Positions 54,448 to 64,000 of a DNA stretch of 64,000 nt are shown in pieces. The notes under the pieces were generated by a model. The model made no database searches, was not told the DNA's origin, and saw only the letters and a program-made list of their open reading frames with translations. Numbering within the stretch: the stretch's first letter is position 1; every line of letters begins with the position of its first letter. Made by a program: the position numbers and the translations under genes. The stretch is from Octopus vulgaris (lineage: Eukaryota): assembly GCA_951406725.2 (NCBI GenBank), contig OX597821.1, positions 113,708,001 through 113,772,000 of the forward strand. The letters run 5' to 3'.

Positions 54448-54890
54448 ATAGGTGGTAACCAAAAGTAACCGGAGACGTTCCCTGTGGGACAAACCCCTCG
54501 TAGTTCAAGTTTCCGCCACTAGAAGCTACTTGATGCGACCCTCAGGCATTAGTTTGCCGGCCCGCGGCATCTACTATGGTCAGACTGCCGCGTTGTGCGT
54601 GTTTGTTTCGCACTCCTACCCTTTTCGTCGATTTTGGCGATGACTGAAACGAAGGAACGGCATGCTTCCGTGAAATTCTGTTTTCTGCTGGGGCCAAAAC
54701 AGCGGCCGAAACAGTTGTCACGCTCTGAAAAGCTTATGAGGATGCTGCCATGAGTAAAACACAAGTTTCCACACTTTAGGAATGGTCAGTCGTCGCTTGA
54801 AGGCCAATCTCCTTCAGAACGACCGTCAACCTCCCGAACGAATGTAAACATCATGAAAATTCAGAAACTGATCTTGGAGGACCGTCGCTC
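54448..54890 (+). mobile_element. Mariner remnant (left end plus N-terminal HTH of the transposase)
   Basis: TIR-like ggtaaccaaaagtaaccgga; ATG at 54640 gives MTETKERHASVKFCFLLG/KTAAETVVTL*KAYEDAAMSKTQV/FRNGQSSLEGQSPSERPSTSRTNVNIMKIQKLILEDRR. Confidence 0.8.
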
Positions 54891-54951
54891 TGGTAACCGA
54901 GCGAGTGATCTGCTACTTTTTATCAGCTAAGTGCTCTTGTGGTAAGTATCT

Positions 54952-55178
54952 GTTTCTTTATTGCCCACAAGGGGCTAAACATAGAGGGGACAAACAAGGA
55001 CAGACAAACAGATTAAGTCGATTACATCGACCCCAGTGCGTAACTGGTACTTAATTTATCGACTCCGAAATGATGAAGGCAAGGTCGACCTCGGCGGAAT
55101 TTGAACTCAGAACTGTAACGGCAGACGAAATACGGCTACGCATTTCACCCGGCGTGCTAACGGTTCTGCCAGCTCGCC
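54952..55178 (-). mobile_element. Nin/Deu-domain SINE with 19-bp TSD
   Basis: Core gatgaaggcaaggtcgacctcggcggaatttgaactcagaac; gctcttgtggtaagtatct is duplicated at 54933-54951 and 55179-55197. Confidence 0.88.
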
Positions 55179-55789
55179 GCTCTTGTGGTAAGTATCTTTA
55201 AAACAGCTTCATTGATTACGTGGTCTTGCCAGTATATTATCAGAATCCTTCTCAAACATCTTTGGTGGAAAGCATCTGGCTTCGTTTCGATTTCTACGGT
55301 GCTCTTCCATGTCTCACTGGCATAGAGAACTTTTGGTAGAACAATGAAACTCTAGAGCTGGATCATCGCGTGTAGGCCTATGCTGTTTGAGGGTCAGATG
55401 TATGTACATGTATGTAATTTACGCGATATAATCACACTTGGGTATATGTTTGTTGAAATGCATACAAACTAGTGTGAAATCTGGCAGCTCTTTCTCGAAG
55501 GTCTAACGACCACATCCAGTGTCTCACGTTGGTTTCTGTCTAATGATAAGTCTATTGTTGCAATTCAGCCCCCAAGTCAGCCAAAAGGTTTTCCCGTTGT
55601 GACCGTCCTCTCTTTTAACCAGATACAATGGAAGACGGGAAGGCGTGATTTGAGGGAAAGTCAACCACTATTTCAGGCTGGTCGAGCGACGCATAGTGTC
55701 TTTCATTGGTTCATGTTCTAGGATGTGTTTGCATGCGGTATATCCATCATCTAGATATGCATTCTATAGTGAAATAGCGCAATAAATAA

Positions 55790-56200
55790 ATTCCATCTGA
55801 TCTGTTTGCTCATTAAAAGAGGGATTAGTAAGCGTTCAAGGTTGGAGAAGTAGTTTTGGATGCTAAAAAGAAACTCCTGACTTGGAGTGCATCATTAGAT
55901 TTGTAAGGGTTGTATAAATATCATGTACAGTTAACGGAGACTGTTCAGAACATTCGTAGGAGGTGATAATATGATTTCTGCTGTGTTGATTTGAGAAGCT
56001 TTTTTCTTCTTAGGATTAAGACTAAGCAGGGCATGTATAAAGGAGGACGTACATGCTGGAAGTATTATGGATGTGTATATAAAATGAGGGGGAGATATAA
56101 GCTGGTGTCGTCTGCTGATGTTTAGTTAGTAACAAAAGGAAGACGACAGTTGATCGATAAGAGACAAACTGCAGAAGTAATGATTAAGGTTGATACGACG
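55790..56200 (-). pseudogene. Very old LINE RT remnant
   Basis: Minus-strand SADDTSLY (near 56115) followed by LSLNPKK (near 56020). Confidence 0.35.
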
Positions 56201-57664
56201 AAAGTGAGGGTAAAAAGAATCGTGAATATTCATTTTGCAATAGAGCGACAATTAGAATCTTCCGTATTGCTACAAAGTTCCCTTGAATAATATTTTTGAT
56301 TATTGGTATTCTTATGTTTTGTTGGCAAATGTTATAACTTTTCGCCGTAATGTTCAAAGGTAACAGACCAATATCAACATAAGATGAAAGCTATCTAATG
56401 GGCCTGTCTCTTCAGAAACTCGACTGCTTGTCTCTGAGGAGGGAAATGTATTGAAGATGAGATAAGAAACTCGACCGTTGTTTATCTTATATCAGATCAA
56501 TCCAAGCAGTCGAAGTTATTCATACCAAACGAATGACTCCGAGTTTCTGCCTATCGATCATATATCTTTTAAAGGTTGTTAGCACAACGACAATCCTGAT
56601 CGAAGAGACCCATCATCAAACACATTCTAGCCGCGACCATCCTATCTTTTTAAGAATATCTAAAAATCCTTTAGTTAATGTGTAGTTCCTTACTCAAACT
56701 AGCGGAGTTTAAAGAAGCAGATTTAGTCGCTACATCTAGCAAGCTGAGCGACTTCGTAAAGGCTCTTCGTAAGCAAGTTCACTTTAGTTTCTGTAGTCCC
56801 ATGCTGTGTTTGGTAGAAGCTGATTTACATAAAATTTGGTAAAATGTATGATATACAGGGGACTTATTTCGAAGAAGTTTCTGTGCGAATATTACGATGG
56901 CTGTAGTTTACATAGAATTAGTGGAGGTCTGATTAACTAACTAAGTTATATTACAATTTAGGACACAGGGTGTTTGTTGCTATTGTTAACTGTAGACATC
57001 TGAAGCCACCGAGACATGAGCTCAGATAAATATTCACAATGCAGAATGGTAATCAACCATATACTAAAGACCGAGCGAGTCTGGGGCAGAAAACACATTA
57101 AAACAATTAGAAAATGCATATATCAGTTAAAGTAACTAAAAGTCTCTGACACTGATGAGATTAAACAAGAGAAAGATGATATTTCTACAAATAAATCCTA
57201 TTTTTACTTCTCTTTTATGAAATGATGTTACTAAATGTCGTTCTGTCCTAGTATTTGTTCTAATTTCCACCATATTAGGCGGTTAATAGGCGGTTCTAAT
57301 TTCCACCATATTAGGCGGTTGAAATGTATCTCTTACTTCGAATACAATGTTAGTTTATTACAAGCTTTATTCATGAGAATACTGAACACCTCGAGCTAAT
57401 ATATGCTTCTAACATAGGAACAAGGGCTGAGATTTTGAGGGAAGGCAGTTAGTAGATTAAACCAACCCCAGGATTTACCTACGGCTTATTTTATTGACCC
57501 AGGAGGGAAAACAACAAAATGAACAACGACAGGATTCGAACACAGAGCGCAGCAAGCTGCAATGAATATAACAAAGCACCGTATCACATGTTGTAACCAC
57601 ACTTCATCAGGTGTCTTGAGGGAAAATTCAGACCTGGGTTCTCATTACAAAGGTATTTTTTCGA

Positions 57665-57710
<46 letters not shown>

Positions 57711-57746
57711 GTAATTATTATTATCATTATCATTATTCAGGTCACT

Positions 57747-57818
57747 GGGCATATAGCGTAGTGGTAAGAGCGCGGGTTACTAACCCCAAGATTGCGAGTT
57801 CGATTCCAGGCAGTGACC
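57747..57818 (+). other. tRNA-like Pol III head of a retroposon (not a functional tRNA)
   Basis: A box tagcgtagtgg and B box gagttcgattcc; the acceptor and anticodon stems are imperfect. Confidence 0.65.
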
Positions 57819-57876
57819 TGAATAATAATAATAATAATAATAATGATGATGATAAATAATAATGATGATGATGATA

Positions 57877-57917
<41 letters not shown>

Positions 57918-57980
57918 TAGTGATGATAATAACATGGAAAATACCTTAGGAATGAGAACCCAGCTCCGAAATTTCCCCAA

Positions 57981-58026
57981 GATACCTGATGAAGGCTGGA
58001 GGATTTATCAGCCGAAACGTTGTGTC
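57981..58026 (+). ncRNA. Minimal type-I hammerhead ribozyme motif
   Basis: GAUAC-CUGAUGA-A-GGCUG(GAGGAUUUAU)CAGCC-GAAACGUU|GUGUC: 5-bp stems I and II and the palindrome AACGUU. Confidence 0.72.
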
Positions 58027-58279
58027 AACAACAAACAAGATGAGGACAAATATCCGTCGAATGTAAATAATGTAAATAATTTATATTTTACTGCCTTAAC
58101 TCAGAAATTTAAATTCTACATCAGTAACAGTAGTTGATATCATAGCTCATATCTCATTTTAAATGCTGGTAAAATTGTTATCAAAAAGTATTTTCGATAA
58201 TTACTTCCTGATCATAAAACTTAGCAACCATTCGTTTAGAAGCCATTCAAATTAACGTGATATCATTATCTTTCTTCAT

Positions 58280-58676
58280 AAAGGCGGAAAGCTGGCAGAA
58301 ACGTTGGCACGCCGGGCGAAACGCGTAGCCGTAATTCGTCTGTCTTTACGTTTTGAGTTCAAATTCTGCCGAGGTCGGCTTTGCCTTTCATCCTTTCGGG
58401 GTCGATAAATTAAGTACCAGTTACGCACTGGGGTCGATGTAATCGACTTAATACTTATGTCTGTCCTTGTTTGTCCCCTCTGTGTGTAGCCCCTTGTGGG
58501 TAGTAAAGAAATAGGTATTTCGTCTGTCATTATGTTCTGAGTTCCAATTCCGCCGAGGTCGACTTTGCCTTTCATCCTTTCGGGGTCGACAAATTAAGTA
58601 ACAGCTACGTACTGGGGTCGATCTAATCGACTGGTGAGTCCCCTTCCCCAAAATTTTCGGCCTAGAGTAGAAAAGA
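58280..58676 (+). mobile_element. Dimeric Nin/Deu-domain SINE with TSD
   Basis: Same two-core layout as 28852-29254, flanked by attatctttctt on both sides. Confidence 0.82.
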
Positions 58677-59051
58677 TTATCTTTCTTTATATGACACGCA
58701 AGAAAACATGGAGCATTAATACGTAATATATTCAAAATGGCATTAAATAAAAAAAAAAGCCTTCACAATCAACCACGAGAAAACATGCGCAGGAATATAC
58801 ATATATTGAACATAAATTAATATAGATGTTTGTAACCGTGTAAATTGAATGTATACGAGACCATGTGTGAAAAGCTGTGTATATGTATGTAGGGATGATC
58901 ATGAAACTTTGTTGATATTAAAACTGGACCTCAATTATAGGGGGCAGTGTCTGTCAACCGTTTCACAGTAACTAAAAGGGGTGATAACCTTGCTTTAGTA
59001 ATACCTGCACAAATAATTAACTCGACAAATAAAGAATTGCTATAATTTCTA

Positions 59052-59106
<55 letters not shown>

Positions 59107-59267
59107 GTAATAATAATAATAATAACAACAACAATAACAACAACACCACAACAATAATAATAACAACAACAACAATATCTTTCAATACACTAAAGATAAA
59201 AACATAAAAAAACCAAGGAACATAGAGCTTTGACTGTCAGTGAAAGCACGAAATAAAAATAAGACTA

Positions 59268-59707
<440 letters not shown>

Positions 59708-60087
59708 ATTCGTAAAATTCATCATTATTTGATTCATGTAAAAGTACAAAAATATCACAGAAACATCATTAAAATTAAGACTGAACAATCAGAACGCGTT
59801 TGCATCAAAGCTGCCAGAGCAACTGTAAGTATTTTCGTTGTTAGGGTACAAACCACAAAATCTGGAAAGGTACTTTTCACTGATGAGGTAAATTGTTGAT
59901 TTATAAATTCTTCCTAATCATTTTCTCATCTACTTTTCAAATTGTACATTGTTATCTTCTTTTGCATTATTTACATTATTTACATTTGACGGATATTTGT
60001 CCTCAACTTGTTTGTCGCTAACACAACGTTTCGGCTGATATACCGTCATCACGCGTCTTGGGGAAATTTCGAACCTGGGTTCCCCAA

Positions 60088-60133
60088 GATACCTGATGAA
60101 AGCTGGAGGGTATATCAGCCGAAACGTTGTGTT
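60088..60133 (+). ncRNA. Second copy of the 57981 hammerhead motif (one stem II mismatch)
   Basis: GAUAC-CUGAUGA-A-AGCUG...CAGCC-GAAACGUU|GUGUU. Confidence 0.6.
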
Positions 60134-61755
60134 AGAAACAAACAAGATGGGGACAAATATCCGTCAAATGTAAATAATGTAAATAATATACATAATTCCT
60201 CATCTCTTAAATACAGAACTGTATTATCTTCAATTAGTTTTTTTCTTTTTTTTATCAGAATCATCATAGCTATTCTTATCTTAATTAGGTTCGAAAATTT
60301 AATAATTTATAGCAAAGTTTAATTAATAAATAAATAAATTAATTAATCTATTTTAGCTGAGATTTCATCATGTACTTTTTCTCACTTGTATTTTTTAATT
60401 GTGTGAAATGTTACTTTGCAACGTTTTAATTTCTTTTTCATAAATATTAGAATCTAAAAGCGCTGATAGACAATAAATGATAAGCTTTAACTATATCAAT
60501 CATGAGTAGTAAATTTATAACGGAATTATTGAAGCTTCAACTGGAAAGATACCGTTGATGTTTTGTTAACCATCAGTATTCAGAATTAAGAACATATATT
60601 CGCCTCCCACCTTCTAGTATTAAAAAATCGCTACTTTTTCTTATCAAGTTATAGATTTGCTGTTTACCAATCAAGGTTTCACGATTTGGTACCGGTTTAT
60701 AGCGACGCTCTTTAAATGCATCTCCTTGCAACACGCTTCCGATTGAAATCAGTACTACTCCGCTTTGATTTTTTTTTCAGCTTGAACAAAAGGTATGAAC
60801 GTCCTGCAATCAATGGGAGGGGAAGGGGATGTTGTGAAGTTCATGCCTTTCCTAAAGGCATTATTTACATAGGTAAGTGAAACCACACCGTGACCTCGTC
60901 TCATCGGATGCTTACTGATAAACATCATTTGTTGCCCACAAAGAAACGCTGTATTACAACATTGTAACAGAATGAAGAAGCTTTAAGAAATATATAGAAA
61001 GGAATAAAGATTTCATTAAAAGAGACGTAAATGGACGAACAAAACTTAAGGATCATTTTTATACATCTGAAAGTATTGAATTAACATCATAAATTGACAT
61101 TGGAAACTCAGATAGATTTCAAAAAGTAGGAGTGTTTCACGCCAGAAGGAAAAGGGTAAAACAAGATCCTTTACTATTAACAAACACCTCATGGTATGTA
61201 TTACTAAATTATGTATAAGGTAAGGGGATTGGAACAAACGTCAGGGCGTAGGAAAAAATATCTTGCAGTATTTGTTCCGAGCCTTTAAGTTCTGAGTTCA
61301 AATCTCACCGAGGTCAGCTCTTTCATTTTCCCCACTCCGGGCCTATTAAATACTTGTTAAGTATCGAGGTGGACATCATCAGTTAACCCTACCCACATTG
61401 GGTAATTGCCTGCCCAAATTATAAACAATGAATCTTTTTTACTCTAGGAACAAGGCCCGAAATTTTTGGGGAGGGGGCCAGTCGATTAAATTGACCTCAG
61501 TACGCAACTGGTACTTAATTTATCGACCCCGAAATGATGAAAGGCAAAGTCGACCTCGGCGGAATTTGAACTCAAAACGTAAAGACAGACGAAATAATTA
61601 TAAAGAATTAATAAAACGATATATCATCAAGTAATTAAAATTCCCTGAACATGCCACTCTCTTATACAACACACACTCACACACTCACGCACACATATGT
61701 AAGTATACATACATAAATACTTCACATACATAACTATATACATGTATGTGTGTGC

Positions 61756-61808
<53 letters not shown>

Positions 61809-61825
61809 TGCATGTATGTGTGTAT

Positions 61826-61858
<33 letters not shown>

Positions 61859-62461
61859 CATATGTATATATATATTTATATGTATATATATATATTAATA
61901 TAAATATATGTATATATATATATATGTATATATATGTATATATATATATGCATGTATGTGTATATGTATTTATATTCATAAAACTTCAGACTTCTCTAAT
62001 ACCAAATGTATTTCAGCTTTACTGGAATCAAATGTTAAATGCTAAGCGATATACGAGAGTTTTAATTGCAATGAATCCCACATCCCATATGTACTCCATC
62101 CAATTACAGTCTGTAATTAATTAGGTTTTTTTTATTGGAATTAGGAAATCATTGTAATAATTAAGACAAATTTTAAATGTCTTCGAATAGAAATAAATAA
62201 ATTCACTCTATTAAAATTTTCACGGCAAAATATATTTAAGAACATTTAATCCATTTTAATTGATGATAAAATGATGGTTGCTCTAAGTGACATTTTAGGT
62301 TTAATTGAAAGAATATATGTATATGTATATATATATGTATATATATATATATAACTTTTTTTGATAAGGTTCATTTCAGGAACTGAAACATGTTATAATG
62401 TATATATAAAAATTAAAAATTGTATAATATAGCAGCATTTTCGAACTTCATTTTTTACAAT

Positions 62462-62504
<43 letters not shown>

Positions 62505-62572
62505 TTATATCCTCTGTTGGTATAAAAACGAAATATATATGTATATTTATTTATATATTAATACACGCATAC

Positions 62573-62640
<68 letters not shown>

Positions 62641-63228
62641 ATATATGTATATGCATGTATATACATGTATATATGTATATATATGTGTGTGTGTGTGTGT
62701 GTGTTTGTGTGTCTGTATTTCTCTCCTTCGTCACCGCTTGACAACCGATGTCGGTGTGCTTACGTCCCCGTAACTTAGAGGTTCGGCAAAAGAAACCGAT
62801 AGAATAAGTACTAGGCTTACAAAGAATGAGTCCTACGGTCGATTTATTCGACTAGAGACGTTGCTCCAGCATGGCCCTCAATCAAAACTGGAACAAATAA
62901 AAGAGTAAAAGAATACACAGATAACTGATAGAAACTGGATTGGTAAGATATTCTTTGTTTGAAATCACAACAATTGTTTCAGCACATTTTTACTCGCGTC
63001 ATACATTAGTGAAATGGTATTACTATAAAATGTGTCGAAACAATTTAAATAAAGAATTTCATTCAATACAGTTTCACTGATTTATCTATTTGTATAGTCT
63101 CTACGGATACAATGGAATTCCTGATGTCTGTCCAGTAGCAAAGGCATTTTCACTGTAACAGGTAGCCAATAGCTGTGGATGAGCTTTGCATAGCATACTA
63201 CAAGGTCTTTCACCCGAATCTGTGTAAC

Positions 63229-63291
<63 letters not shown>

Positions 63292-63591
63292 TTCTTTACT
63301 ACCCACAAGGTGCTAAACACAGAGAAGACAAACAAAGACAGACAAACGGATTAAGTCGATTACATTGACCCCAGTGTGTAACTGGTACTTAATTTATCGA
63401 CCCCCGAAAGGATGAAAGGCAAAGTCGACCTCGGCGGAATTTGAACTCAGAACGTAGCAGCAGACGAAATACTGCTAAGCATTTTGCCCCGGTTCGCAGC
63501 CTTAATAATAATAATAATGATAATAATAATAATAACGTTTCTGCCAGCTCGCCGCCTGTTTTATTTGACTGGTGTTTTATTAATCGTAGTA

Positions 63592-63648
<57 letters not shown>

Positions 63649-64000
63649 AGAGTGTTTTCCGTCATATGGAGGGTGAGTTTGGAAGTATACTTTTGGCCAC
63701 CATGGGTAATATCAGGAAATATGGCATACACACAATAACTGGAGTTTATGTTTTATCGCATTTCTCGCTGCTTATAAAAAATAATGAAATTAAATGGTAA
63801 TTTTCAAACGAAAAGTACTTATTACCTTAACCCCTCCCCCGTAACTACTCTGTCCTTTGCTTCTTCTCTTTCTCCCCCTCCTCTTCTGTCACTATAGTGT
63901 TTTCTCTCCCCTCATTCTGCACCTCTCATGTTAACTTTTTCCGTATCTCTCTTTTACGCTCTCTTCCCGTTTCCCTATACGATGTAAAGCGTAATAAGAG

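Noticed and set aside
57257-57320. 27-bp direct repeat with a short spacer, superficially CRISPR-like
   Set aside because: Only two units in eukaryotic context with no cas genes; a simple local duplication.
57747-57818. Possible tRNA gene
   Set aside because: Stems are imperfect and it is embedded in a repeat; treated as a SINE-type head.
63100-63228. Minus-strand open stretch DSGERPCSMLCKAHPQLLATCYSENAFATGQTSGIPLYP as a possible non-helical exon
   Set aside because: No convincing donor site and no recognisable domain.

Overview
AT-rich, microsatellite- and SINE-saturated eukaryotic DNA. The repeat repertoire (Nin/Deu-domain tRNA-SINEs, tRNA-Arg-type SINEs, very long TA/CA/TATG/AAT tracts) most resembles an octopod cephalopod genome; this is an inference. 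The window is mostly intronic sequence of one minus-strand collagen gene, seen as four phase-0 54-bp Gly-X-Y exons and one 63-bp exon. The 63-bp exon can be extended upstream in frame to an ATG plus a signal-peptide-like segment, suggesting an internal alternative first exon. Mobile DNA includes a 5'-truncated but uninterrupted CR1/L2-group RT ORF, remnants of RLE (R4/Dong-like), RTE, Tx1/L1-like and Penelope GIY-YIG elements, a mariner remnant, hAT- and pogo-like MITEs and dozens of SINEs. The most striking hidden layer is a set of minimal type-I hammerhead ribozyme motifs with palindromic stem III, in several unrelated sequence families. These include a U3-A8 compensatory core variant, a tandem retrozyme-like unit, and a chimeric element joining a tRNA-like Pol III head to a hammerhead tail. 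Several long fold-back inverted repeats accompany them. All structures were read by eye. Almost all ORFs in the supplied track are microsatellite artefacts.
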